Assembly: GCA_937925545.1 (NCBI GenBank)
Contig: CALALR010000040.1
Coordinates: 125,258 to 149,257 of the forward strand
Length of the DNA stretch: 24,000 nt
From: an uncultured Planctomycetaceae bacterium
Lineage (GTDB): Bacteria > Planctomycetota > Planctomycetia > Pirellulales > Lacipirellulaceae
Direction: 5' to 3'
A program made the translations under genes and the position numbers. This document shows positions 8,387 through 17,502 of the stretch, one piece after another. Under the pieces are notes generated by a model. That model had not been told where the DNA came from. It did no database searches and was given only the letters and a program-made list of their open reading frames with translations. Each line of letters opens with the position of its first letter. The first letter of the stretch is position 1.

Positions 8387-8448
8387 AAAGTGAGTGATTT
8401 GTGGTTAGTGGTTAGTGGAACGCCGCGACCCAACGAGTCGCCGCTGCA

Positions 8449-9405
8449 TCATTCGGTGTTCATGGTTCCGACGACCTCGCGCACACTTGTAGCACCCAGT
8501 TCGTCAATTGCCCCGGGAAGTGCATCCAGCACTTCCATTGATGCCGATGGATTATAGAAGTTCACCGTGCCGAGTTGAACCGCCATTGCACCAGCCACAA
8601 GAAACTCCATCACATCTTCGATAGTGGCGATCCCTCCGATCCCAATGATAGGGGTTTCGGTTGCTTGGGCTGCCTGATACACGGCCCGCAAAGCGATAGG
8701 TTTGATTGCAGGACCGCTGAGCCCCCCCACGACATTTCCCAGCATCGGGCGCCTTCGCCGCCAGTCTACGGCCATTCCTTGACAGGTATTGATGAGTGAA
8801 ATCGCATCTGCTCCTCCCTCTGAAGCAGCGCGGGCCATTTCCGCGATACTGGTCACATTGGGAGTGAGCTTGGCAATAATCGGGTGAGACGAATTCTGGC
8901 GACACTCTTTGACGACCCGTTCACACATCTTGGTGTCCGTTCCGAAATCAACTCCTCCGCTCACATTTGGACACGAGATATTAAGTTCTACCGCCGCGAT
9001 CGCATCTTCTGCGGACAGCCGAGCTGCCATTTCGACAAACTCTTCATGGGTCCGACCCGCGATACTCACCACGATGGCAGTATTCAGTGAGGTTAAATAG
9101 GGCAAATGGTGGATGATGAACTGGTCGATACCATCGTTATCCAGCCCGATAGAATTTAGCATCCCTGAGGGAGTTTCAATTGTACGCCAGGGGGCATTCC
9201 CTTTCCGCGGCAGCTTCGTAATAGTCTTAGGCACTATCCCCCCGAGACGAGCGAGATCAACCAGAGACTCCATTTCTCGTGCATAGCCAAAAGTCCCTGA
9301 GGCAACCAGGATGGGGTTGGCCAGCATCAGTCGTCCCAGACTCACCTGCAAATCGGCTTGTTGCGGAGATGGTGGACTTGTGAGTGTCGGGAACTGTTCA
9401 GGCAT
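8449..9405 (-). CDS. pyrD: dihydroorotate dehydrogenase (class 1)
   Basis: 318 aa; 'NPILVASGTFGYAREM', 'KTITKLPRKGNAPWRTIETPSGMLNSIGLDN', 'AVELNISCPNV', 'IAKLTPNV', 'ADAISLINTCQGMAVD', 'PIIGIGGIATIEDVMEFLVAGAMAVQLGTVNF'. Confidence 0.95.
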   Translation of the reverse strand: MPEQFPTLTSPPSPQQADLQVSLGRLMLANPILVASGTFGYAREMESLVDLARLGGIVPKTITKLPRKGNAPWRTIETPSGMLNSIGLDNDGIDQFIIHHLPYLTSLNTAIVVSIAGRTHEEFVEMAARLSAEDAIAAVELNISCPNVSGGVDFGTDTKMCERVVKECRQNSSHPIIAKLTPNVTSIAEMARAASEGGADAISLINTCQGMAVDWRRRRPMLGNVVGGLSGPAIKPIALRAVYQAAQATETPIIGIGGIATIEDVMEFLVAGAMAVQLGTVNFYNPSASMEVLDALPGAIDELGATSVREVVGTMNTE

Positions 9406-9684
9406 GGCGGATATTCAAGAGGGGAATTTGGGAACGAACCGGTCAGTTTATCCTACCAGATTCCACATGCCTCTGCTCCAGGCCCTATCGAGAGATTATT
9501 GCGACATTCCCATAGCTTCAGAATGAATGAACAAAGTCCAATACCCAATGACCAAAATAGTATGCATACGGCCCAGGAGTTGGTCTTTGGGACTTCGTCT
9601 TTAGTCATTCAGGTACTCTTAGTACGTACCGGTAGCGCAGCTCCAACGTTTGGCACATTCGCGAAGCGAACTCTGCCAACGAGC

Positions 9685-9903
9685 CTAGATAATCCCGCCG
9701 TGTACGCTATAGGGCGTCAGGTGAGAAGGTTGATCGAGAAACCAGATGCGCTCCCATTCATCGAGCATAGCGCGTAGGTTCTCTGATGTGTTAATCAACT
9801 GCTGCGACCTCCGAGTCGGATCTGCCGAGTAGATCGGCAGCAGACAACCTGAATTGCCAGCCAACATACAGACAGTTGCCAGTACTAAGAGCCATTTACG
9901 CAT
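9685..9903 (-). CDS. small hypothetical lipoprotein-like protein
   Basis: 72 aa; 'MRKWLLVLATVCMLAGNSGC' signal-like N-terminus; very strong Shine-Dalgarno (AAGGAGGAG) upstream on the minus strand. Confidence 0.6.
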   Translation of the reverse strand: MRKWLLVLATVCMLAGNSGCLLPIYSADPTRRSQQLINTSENLRAMLDEWERIWFLDQPSHLTPYSVHGGII

Positions 9904-10265
9904 GGGCGTAGCTCCTCCTTGAGCATCGAAGCGAGTCCCAACAGCGCATGCAATTGGGTTGAACGCTTCCCATTAATTTGACAGTGATTCCAAGCCCGAG
10001 CGGACCCCGAATTGCTGCCAGTCCCACAAAAAACCAGTGAAAAGTTTGTGACAAACGTTACATCGCACAACCCGCTTACTCCGCTGCGAGTCGTCCTCAA
10101 GCCGTTTGTCTGGTAGAAAAGTCGAGTAAGAGTAGCAATCTCCATTTTCCGCGCCGAGAGCAGATTTCACTCCGCCCATCTGAATTCCCTGCAGTCGCGA
10201 GATTCGCGCGCAGGCAAGGCGTTAGCTGCCAGTGATTTGGTTTCCAACAGAGATATAGCTAGCAG

Positions 10266-10667
10266 CTAGGTGCCAGCTTTCGGAACGTAACTTGTTGGCG
10301 GGGAAAGAGTTTCGTGATTTGAACCAATCGGTGGAGCAGCACCAGTGGCTGCTCGGTGGGCCGCTTCTGCGGCGGCATTGGCTTGGCGCTCGAGTTCGTG
10401 AACTCGTTCTTCCATCTCTTTGCCAGGCTTGAAGGTCACAACAAACTTCTCGGGAACAAATACTTTTTCGCCGGTGCGGGGATTCCTTGCTTTGCGAGCA
10501 GCACGCCGTTTGACTTCAAAAACTCCAAAATTCCGCAGTTCAATTCGTCGGTCTTCGACGAGCGTCTCGACGATGGCGTCGAATGTCTTTTGGACAATTT
10601 CCTTCGTCTTCAATTGAGTCAGGCCAATTTCTTCAGAAATGGTCCTTACGATCTCTTTCTTGGTCAC
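10266..10667 (-). CDS. HU/IHF-family DNA-binding protein with a C-terminal Ala/Pro-rich extension
   Basis: GTG start preceded by GGAGGA; '[18 protein letters not shown]…', '[44 protein letters not shown]'; extra ~40 aa tail. Confidence 0.93.
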   Translation of the reverse strand: MTKKEIVRTISEEIGLTQLKTKEIVQKTFDAIVETLVEDRRIELRNFGVFEVKRRAARKARNPRTGEKVFVPEKFVVTFKPGKEMEERVHELERQANAAAEAAHRAATGAAPPIGSNHETLSPPTSYVPKAGT

Positions 10668-11043
10668 GACGAGATCCTCCGCGAATAGCCCTTGTTAGGG
10701 ATCCAAAAGGTGCATCAACAGATGAGCTAAGTCTATTAAGTGAAAAATCTTCACTTGCCCCAAGTGTAATTGGCGCAAGGCTTAGTGTCAAGGTTTTCGC
10801 AAGTCGGTGAAGAACTTACGACACGGCCCCCAGCTGGGGACCAGCCTAAAATCGACCTGAATTAGACATCAAATTGTCAAAGATCAACCAGTAAATGGCG
10901 TTGAAACTGCTCAACCATCCCCAGGTAGCTATCTAACTGAGAATACGCAATTTACCCGTCCATCCACGTGGAATGCTTACCCATAGATCGGCGTTCGAAC
11001 CGGCAAACTTGAACTATTCCCTACACTTTGACAACTGCCCAGT

Positions 11044-11490
11044 TCACACGTTAAACACCGCAGCCTGCTCTTGAATCTGCTCAAGCTGATACAGTTTCCC
11101 TTTACCACTACCGGGGCACGACTCGCAGGTTTCTGCCCAGGCTTCGGGCGACTTGAGATTCGAGTTCCAGAATGGCCACGTGCGGCATTGTCGGGGACGT
11201 TCGCTGTAGACATTGCACTTGCAAGTTTGATTGTCGAAAAAGACGCAGTCGCCGTTGGCGAACTCCACCAAACTGCGGCGGATCCCAATCTGACGAACAT
11301 ACTTCGCTTCAAATTTATCGACTTTCATTCCCAGAAGCGCAGCCAAGGCATCGATCTCCTGCTGATTGACCCAGACATAGCCGGGGGCACCAGTGCAGCA
11401 GTCGCCGCACCCCGTGCATGTAAATCGTAGCCCCTCTTTGTACCAAGGTTCTTTAGCCGCGGCGTGTTTGTTCTTCGTAGATTTGGCCAT
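11044..11490 (-). CDS. YkgJ-family cysteine cluster protein (putative Zn/Fe-S binding)
   Basis: 'FTCTGCGDCCTGAPGYVWVNQQEI', 'GDCVFFDNQTCKCNVYSERPRQCRTWPFW', 'CESCPGSG'. Confidence 0.88.
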   Translation of the reverse strand: MAKSTKNKHAAAKEPWYKEGLRFTCTGCGDCCTGAPGYVWVNQQEIDALAALLGMKVDKFEAKYVRQIGIRRSLVEFANGDCVFFDNQTCKCNVYSERPRQCRTWPFWNSNLKSPEAWAETCESCPGSGKGKLYQLEQIQEQAAVFNV

Positions 11491-11511
11491 TCGAGAAAAT
11501 TGATTGTGAGA

Positions 11512-12708
11512 TTAGCAGGCGGGAGTCGCCAGCAAATTTTCCAATGCGGCAAGGGTTGAATCGATCTCTTCGATGCTCGTTGCCCAACCAGGACTGAGCC
11601 GCAACGTACCTCCGTCAGCCAGGGTGCCCAGTGCGCGGTGCATGCGCGGTGCGCAGTGAAGTCCAGCACGGCATTCCACGCCAGCTGACATTTCCAGCAT
11701 TGCGGACAATTCCTGTGGATCATAACCCTCAATCGTCAGACTGACCACACTCGTGCGAGGTTTTTCGACGGGAGGTCCATGAATGGTGACGCTCGGGAGT
11801 GATTCTAAACCATCAATGAGTCTTTTCGTGAGGGTCTGATGATGGTGTTGCACTGCTGATAAGCCCTGTTTTTGAAGATGCTCAGTCGCCGCTGCCAGTC
11901 CAGCCAGTCCGGGCAAATTCAGGTTTCCCGCCTCAAATCGCTGGGGTAGTTCTTGAGGATGCCTCTCGTCTTCACTCGACGTTCCCGTTCCCCCGCGTCG
12001 CAAGGGCCGAAGTTCGCCGAGGACGCGCTCTCCCAAGCAAAGTACACCCGTACCCAAGGGTCCAAGCAACCCCTTATGACCTGGAGCTGCAATCACATCT
12101 GCCTGGAAATCTTTCAGGTCAACAGGAATGTGCCCCAAAGTCTGAGCGGCATCCACCAGTAAAAACGCGCCATGAGAACGCACGACCGCGCCGATTTCTG
12201 CCATAGGCTGGATAGCACCAGTCACATTGGAAGCATGAATCACTACCACAAGTCGTGTATTTGGACGAAGTGCCAGACGTATTTCCTCCAGTGAGACATA
12301 CCCCACAGAATCGCAAGGGACGTAGCTCACTTCGATTCCACCTTCATCGGCTAAAAAATTCAGGGGTCGCAGAACGGAGTTATGCTCGCATTCTGTGGTG
12401 ACGACGTGGTCACCGGCACGGAGAATTCCCATTATTGCCATGTTGAGTGAATCCGTACCGCTGGCCGTGAAGACGACTCGATCGGAATTCTGGACGCCGA
12501 CGAGCTCTGCAACTCCACGCCGTGCTCGTTCGACCAAGCGTTGAGCCTGCTCGGCGGTGCGATAACTACTTCGCCCATGGGCGACCCCGAGGGCACGCTG
12601 ATAATGATCGACTGCCTCATAAACGCAATCAGGCTTAGGCCAACTCGTGGCGGCATTGTCTAAATAGATGCGGCGTCGACTTGAGGGGGTTGCTGCAATG
12701 GATTCCAC
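11512..12708 (-). CDS. class V aminotransferase / cysteine desulfurase family protein
   Basis: 'RRIYLDNAATSWPKPD', 'VVFTASGTDSLNMAI', 'TTECEHNSVLRPL', 'LLVDAAQTLGHIPVDL', 'DVIAAPGHKGLLGPLGTG', 'SAGVECRAGLHCAPRMHRALGTL' (candidate catalytic Cys). GTG start 2 nt after moaA stop. Confidence 0.92.
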   Translation of the reverse strand: MESIAATPSSRRRIYLDNAATSWPKPDCVYEAVDHYQRALGVAHGRSSYRTAEQAQRLVERARRGVAELVGVQNSDRVVFTASGTDSLNMAIMGILRAGDHVVTTECEHNSVLRPLNFLADEGGIEVSYVPCDSVGYVSLEEIRLALRPNTRLVVVIHASNVTGAIQPMAEIGAVVRSHGAFLLVDAAQTLGHIPVDLKDFQADVIAAPGHKGLLGPLGTGVLCLGERVLGELRPLRRGGTGTSSEDERHPQELPQRFEAGNLNLPGLAGLAAATEHLQKQGLSAVQHHHQTLTKRLIDGLESLPSVTIHGPPVEKPRTSVVSLTIEGYDPQELSAMLEMSAGVECRAGLHCAPRMHRALGTLADGGTLRLSPGWATSIEEIDSTLAALENLLATPAC

Positions 12709-12710
12709 GT

Positions 12711-13748
12711 TTAGCCACCAATCTGATACATGGCCCGCTCGGGTTTCACAAAGTCTACTCCTCCCACACCATGAGCAGGCTGTTTGTGCCAGATACAGTC
12801 GCGGACCAGCGCGCGAATTTGATCATCGCTACCACCCTCTCGCAGGAGAGTCCGCGCATCCCATTCCCTGGTGGAAAACAAACAGTTACGCACTTTCCCC
12901 TCCGCTGTAATCCTCAGTCGATTGCAGTTCGAGCAGAAGGGCTCGCTGATGGGATTAATAAAACCAATCCGCCCCCGCCCATCGGCAAAATGAAAATCGA
13001 CGGCCGGTTGGCTCGGATCGAGACGCGCGCTCGGCAGGAGTGGACAGAACTCTGATTCCAACACTTGTCGGATCTCTTGGCTCGTGAGCACTTGCTCACT
13101 TTCCCAGTGATTGTCGGCATCGAGAGGCATGAATTCTATGAAACGCAGCTCAAAATCGTGCTCACGTGCGAACTCTGCCAGGGGAACAATCTCCGCTTCT
13201 GTAAGTCCACGGATCGCAATCGCATTGAGTCGTATCTCCGAGAATCCTGCCGCTCTTGCCGCAAAGATGCCCTTCAGTACACGGTTGAGACCACTACGAC
13301 GTGAGATTCTCTCAAATGTCTCCTCACTTAGGGAGTCGAGGCTCACGTTGAGTCGCTCGAGGCCTGCTGCTTTTAATTCAGCCGCTTGCTCGGCGAGCAA
13401 AATGCCATTGGTGGTGAGTGCCAAATCGTCGAGCCCCTTGATGCGGGCAAGCCTTGCCACCAGGCTTGGCAGTTCACTTCGCACCAGAGGTTCTCCCCCT
13501 GTAAGGCGAATCTTACGAATGCCGAGGGTGACAGCCACTCGGACAAATCGTTCGATCTCTTCGAAGGTGAGCAGTTCTTCCCTCGGGCGAAAATTGACGT
13601 TCTCCAACGGCATGCAATAGAAGCAGCGGATATTGCAACGATCAGTCACGCTCACCCGCAGCGAGGTGTGGACGCGACCCAACGTGTCAATCAAGGGACC
13701 CCCGGCATCGGACTCAATTGTGTTCAAGATAGGCAGGGTCGTGTTCAT
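12711..13748 (-). CDS. moaA: GTP 3',8-cyclase, radical SAM
   Basis: 'SVTDRCNIRCFYCMP' (CxxxCxxC), 'KIRLTGGEPLVR', 'FIEFMPLD', C-terminal cluster 'CSNCNRLRITAEGKVRNC', terminal GG. ATG at 13748 overlaps the moaE stop (ATGA). Confidence 0.96.
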   Translation of the reverse strand: MNTTLPILNTIESDAGGPLIDTLGRVHTSLRVSVTDRCNIRCFYCMPLENVNFRPREELLTFEEIERFVRVAVTLGIRKIRLTGGEPLVRSELPSLVARLARIKGLDDLALTTNGILLAEQAAELKAAGLERLNVSLDSLSEETFERISRRSGLNRVLKGIFAARAAGFSEIRLNAIAIRGLTEAEIVPLAEFAREHDFELRFIEFMPLDADNHWESEQVLTSQEIRQVLESEFCPLLPSARLDPSQPAVDFHFADGRGRIGFINPISEPFCSNCNRLRITAEGKVRNCLFSTREWDARTLLREGGSDDQIRALVRDCIWHKQPAHGVGGVDFVKPERAMYQIGG

Positions 13749-14197
13749 TGGTTCGCTGCTGCAGCATCTGGCGAGAGTTTCTTTGCAGGTTCGGGATGGA
13801 TCCAACTGCTAGATCCATCTGCCCAGTGTTCTTCTTTCCAGATTGGTACTCGGGACTTAAGGGTGTCGATCAACCATTCACCAGCGGCAAACGCCGCGCG
13901 CCGATGAGGGCTTGCAACAACGATGGCAACGCTTGCCTCGCCGAGCGGCACCTTTCCGACCCGATGCACGATAAAACATTCATCAATTTGCCAACGCTGG
14001 CGGGCCTCAGTTTCCAAAAGCTCTAGTTCGCGTTCGGCCATTTCATGATAGGCCTCGTAACGCAATTCGGTGGTTTCGCGACCAGCAGTATGCTGGCGGG
14101 TTACCCCAAGAAACAAGAGTACCGCACCAGAAGCAGGACTTTGCGCCTGCTGCACCAGTGTCTCGCTGTCGATGCGTTTTGTGGTGAGCTGAATCAT
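13745..14197 (-). CDS. moaE: molybdopterin synthase catalytic subunit
   Basis: 'GAVLLFLGVTRQHTAGRETTELRYEAYHEMAERELELL', 'IVHRVGKVPLGEASVAIVVASPHRRAAFAAGEWLIDTLKSRVPIWKEEHWADGSSSW'. Confidence 0.94.
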   Translation of the reverse strand: MIQLTTKRIDSETLVQQAQSPASGAVLLFLGVTRQHTAGRETTELRYEAYHEMAERELELLETEARQRWQIDECFIVHRVGKVPLGEASVAIVVASPHRRAAFAAGEWLIDTLKSRVPIWKEEHWADGSSSWIHPEPAKKLSPDAAAANQ

Positions 14198-14209
14198 TAT
14201 TTCTCGTGT

Positions 14210-14455
14210 CTAACCGCCACTCACTGGAGGGATGCAGGCGATCTCTGCGGTAGCTGGAATGGGAGTGGATGCGTCTGCATATTCTGCGTCGATCGCAAAC
14301 AGAGCCTGGGAAAGCAAGATGGCGAGCTGGGGATATTCAACTTCCAGGGCACTTCGCAAGTCGCTCACCCTTGCCGGCTCAGCAAGTTCCACGATCACCT
14401 CTGCAGCCCCCACCGCCTCGCGGGCTGCCGCAAACATTTTCACCTTTACTTTCAT
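14210..14455 (-). CDS. moaD: molybdopterin synthase sulfur-carrier subunit
   Basis: 81 aa; 'MKVKVKMFAAAREAVGAAEV', 'LFAIDAEYADASTPIPATAEIACIPPVSGG*' with the diagnostic C-terminal Gly-Gly. Confidence 0.93.
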   Translation of the reverse strand: MKVKVKMFAAAREAVGAAEVIVELAEPARVSDLRSALEVEYPQLAILLSQALFAIDAEYADASTPIPATAEIACIPPVSGG

Positions 14456-17439
14456 GTTACCACCAGATCTCGGCTGGGGCTATCGAGGAGATGCCGAAGT
14501 TCGGGCATTAATCCGTAAGCCAATGCGAGGATTTTCACTGGGTGGATGGTTGGCTTTGTCGTGCTTTGCTCCATTTGGATCTTGCATGTGCTGCACTCCG
14601 TAGTCCCTGCTGTAAAGTGGCCTGTGCGCATCGCGGTAATCAGAGGCAAGCCAGCTCGCAGACTTTCGCGGTAGTTCTCCCTTTGAAATCCGTACATTCC
14701 AGCAATCCCGCTACATCCTTTCTCGATATGTTGGATATCGATGCCGGGAATCAGTCTCAATAAGTGGGGAGTTGGTGTGCCAATCCCCAAGGCTTTTAGA
14801 TGACATGGAACATGGTAGCCAAGTGAATTTTCTAGCCTGTCGAAATTCAAAAGTAACTTTCCCTTCTGATGAAGTCGCCAGAGATAATGGCAGGCTTCAT
14901 ACGTGTTCTGTGAAACCATTACGGCATCTTGATCATCAGGCAGAAGTTGCAAATACTCGTGAGTCAACGCTAGAACTGCAGACGGCTCCGTCGCGACGAT
15001 GGTGTATCCTTGGCGAATTGCCTCGGCCATCAAAGCCACATTTTCCTCAGCAACTTTGCGTGCCAGGCTTAGCTTGCCTTGAGCGATGGCAGGCATGCCA
15101 GACTCGTGTTGCCGAGGAGGGACGTACACTGGTACTCCATTGTGCTCCAGGACTGCCACAAACGCCTCGGCCAGTTGATTGTCGCAATAGTTGGCGTAGG
15201 TATCAACGAAATAAAGAACTTTCTCCAATCCATGCTTTTCGGGCAATTGGATGACCTGTTGAGAAGTAGATTGGAGGTACGAAGATTGCCTAAAGCGAGG
15301 TAGCTTTCGATGGCGTGATATACCCAACACTTTTTCAATCACCCACCGGGCGAATTGATTGCCTACCGCCCAGTTTGCAATCCGCTCATATCGCGAACCA
15401 TAGTAGCAGAGTTTGTCTACATGACTCATGAACCAGTTGTGTAAAGATTCCCCGTTCGTTGCCAGATAGGAGGCTTTTGCCTCGACCATAAGTTTGGGAA
15501 TGTTCACATTTGCTGGACACTCAAGCCGACACATGTGGCAGTGGACACATAAATCTGCGATCTCTTTACACGCACTTTCGAGTAGAATATCGGAGGGTAG
15601 TTCGCCCGTCAGGACACCCCTGGCCAGATTTGCCTTCGCGCGAGGTGAAGCCTCTTCGCGAGGAGCAAACCGAAAGATGGGGCACATCCGTGAGTCTTCC
15701 GAGGAGGTGCGGCATGCTCCACAACCGTTGCAAGTTCGGGCAGCGTGGGCCATTTCTTCTGGTTGCCAGGCCAATTGCAGTTCGATTCGTGGCGGCTTGG
15801 GTGAGTCTTCCGCCGGTGTATCCGATGCCGGTGTGAAAACCGAATCCAATAACGGATAACGCACATGCCGTAGATTGCTGGTCAAACCGCGAACCTCTGT
15901 GGGAACGATCTTTCCGGGATTCAGCAGATAGTTTGGATCGAAGAGTTGCTTCACTTCCCGAAATGCGGATGCCAAGGGTCCGAATTGTCGGGCAACGAAC
16001 GGCGTGCGACTTAGTCCATCGCCGTGCTCGCCGCTGATCGTGCCCCCCACGCGCCACACTTCTTCATAAAGTTGATCTGCCAGAAGATCCATCCTGCTGA
16101 TGTCCTCTGAGTTGGCAAGATCGAGAAAAGGACGAAAATGCAATTGGCCATGTCCCACATGTCCAAAAAGTGAAGTCGTTGTCTGCTCTTGCCTGAAGAT
16201 TTGCTGCGCTCGGGGCAAGAACTCGGGCAAGCTCTCCGGTGGGACGGCTATGTCTTCTACAAAGGGTAACGGTCGGGTAAGTCCTCTCAAGCGGTACAAC
16301 GTGGGAGTGTAATGCCGGGCAAGTTGCCATAAAAGTTCGTGATCGAGACTGTCGGCCGCTATGTATGCTCCCGCAGCTAGCCGCAATTTGTCTTTCACCA
16401 GAGCGACCGTCTGGGCAAGCCGTGCATAGACTTCATCCAAGGTGTCTGCCTGGAATTCAACCAGGAGTACTGCCTCAGCTTCGACGGGAATGAGAAACTC
16501 ATAGCGGGGGTCGCTCTCTCGGGCAATGCTCAAGTGGCGGCGGTCCATAAGATCGCAGGCACTTGGCCCCAGTTCTGCCAGTTCGAGTGTGGCGTGTGCT
16601 GCTTTATCCAGAGATTCGAAATAAAGCAACACACTACTCGCGTGCTCCGGCAGGGGCAGTGTTTTGAGTGTGACTTCAGTGACCAGTCCCAGAGTTCCTT
16701 CGCTGCCGACCATCAACTTTGCCAGATCGAGTTGTGAACCACCGAAATCAGGGTGCCGCAATTCGCCGAGTTGGTATCCACTACAATTCACTCGACTTTT
16801 GGGCAAATGGGTACGCAACGCCTCGTCATTTTCCTCTAGGATCTCCGAGAGACTAGCGACTAATTGCTCCGCCTCGGTTTCGGGCTCCTTCAAAGGAACA
16901 TCATGTCTGGCGAATTCCCTAACCTGGCCATCGGCCATGACAACCTGCATTGACTCAACATAGCGTCGAGTTGATCCAACCACAGGCCAATGGCTTCCCG
17001 AAGCATCGAGCGCGACCATGCTGCCAATGGTCGTTACTTGTTTGGTGGCGGGGTCTGGTCCGAAATATTTTCCTCGACCAGCGAGGTGGCGGTTGAGATC
17101 GTCGAGAACAACGCCTGCTTCAACTCGCACGGTGTCTTCGCCCACTTTCAGCACTCTGTGCAGGTAGCGAGAAAAATCCACCACCAGCCCACGGCCTAAG
17201 GCACCTCCAGCGAGTCCCGAACCACTCCCCCGAGCATGAAGTGAAATCTCGTTGGCAGCAGCATACCGCACGGTCGCTACGACATCGTCCACACTGCGTG
17301 GCCGCACAACGCCGAGTGGAGGGATTTCGTAAATGCTCCCGTCGCTAGCATAGAGCTGCACGAAGAGATCGTCGCAATGGACGTCGCCCGCAATCTGCCC
17401 CCGCAAATCTTCTTGGATCCGCTGCCTTTCGACTTCCAT
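14452..17439 (-). CDS. FAD-binding and Fe-S-binding domain oxidoreductase (GlcD + GlcF-like fusion; D-lactate/glycolate dehydrogenase type)
   Basis: 995 aa; 'VRYAAANEISLHARGSGSGLAGGALGRGLVVDFSRY' (FAD_binding_4), 'GEHGDGLSRTPF'; 2x[4Fe-4S] motifs 'CNGCGACR…CPIF' and 'CVHCHMCRLECP'; CCG-like 'CHVPCHLKALG', 'GCSGIAGMYG', 'TECSTCKIQME'. Confidence 0.92.
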   Translation of the reverse strand: MEVERQRIQEDLRGQIAGDVHCDDLFVQLYASDGSIYEIPPLGVVRPRSVDDVVATVRYAAANEISLHARGSGSGLAGGALGRGLVVDFSRYLHRVLKVGEDTVRVEAGVVLDDLNRHLAGRGKYFGPDPATKQVTTIGSMVALDASGSHWPVVGSTRRYVESMQVVMADGQVREFARHDVPLKEPETEAEQLVASLSEILEENDEALRTHLPKSRVNCSGYQLGELRHPDFGGSQLDLAKLMVGSEGTLGLVTEVTLKTLPLPEHASSVLLYFESLDKAAHATLELAELGPSACDLMDRRHLSIARESDPRYEFLIPVEAEAVLLVEFQADTLDEVYARLAQTVALVKDKLRLAAGAYIAADSLDHELLWQLARHYTPTLYRLRGLTRPLPFVEDIAVPPESLPEFLPRAQQIFRQEQTTTSLFGHVGHGQLHFRPFLDLANSEDISRMDLLADQLYEEVWRVGGTISGEHGDGLSRTPFVARQFGPLASAFREVKQLFDPNYLLNPGKIVPTEVRGLTSNLRHVRYPLLDSVFTPASDTPAEDSPKPPRIELQLAWQPEEMAHAARTCNGCGACRTSSEDSRMCPIFRFAPREEASPRAKANLARGVLTGELPSDILLESACKEIADLCVHCHMCRLECPANVNIPKLMVEAKASYLATNGESLHNWFMSHVDKLCYYGSRYERIANWAVGNQFARWVIEKVLGISRHRKLPRFRQSSYLQSTSQQVIQLPEKHGLEKVLYFVDTYANYCDNQLAEAFVAVLEHNGVPVYVPPRQHESGMPAIAQGKLSLARKVAEENVALMAEAIRQGYTIVATEPSAVLALTHEYLQLLPDDQDAVMVSQNTYEACHYLWRLHQKGKLLLNFDRLENSLGYHVPCHLKALGIGTPTPHLLRLIPGIDIQHIEKGCSGIAGMYGFQRENYRESLRAGLPLITAMRTGHFTAGTTECSTCKIQMEQSTTKPTIHPVKILALAYGLMPELRHLLDSPSRDLVVT

Positions 17440-17502
17440 GGTGCGTGATACCTATTGAATTGCGGGTTGGTTCGGGTGCGAACTCGAGGGAGGTTCGGTC
17501 AC

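Noticed and set aside
9613-9630. GTACT-ctt-AGTAC small inverted repeat
   Set aside because: Only a 5-bp stem; expected by chance at this length.
9885-10145. 86-aa minus-strand ORF upstream of the small lipoprotein
   Set aside because: Overlaps the better-supported lipoprotein start, no family features, composition not protein-like.
10985-11003. GGCGTTCGAACCGGC resembling a tRNA T-arm
   Set aside because: Flanking bases do not form the 5-bp T stem and no acceptor, D or anticodon arms are present.
13111-13620. 169-aa ORF antisense to moaA
   Set aside because: Ser/Arg-rich shadow translation opposite a fully supported radical SAM gene.
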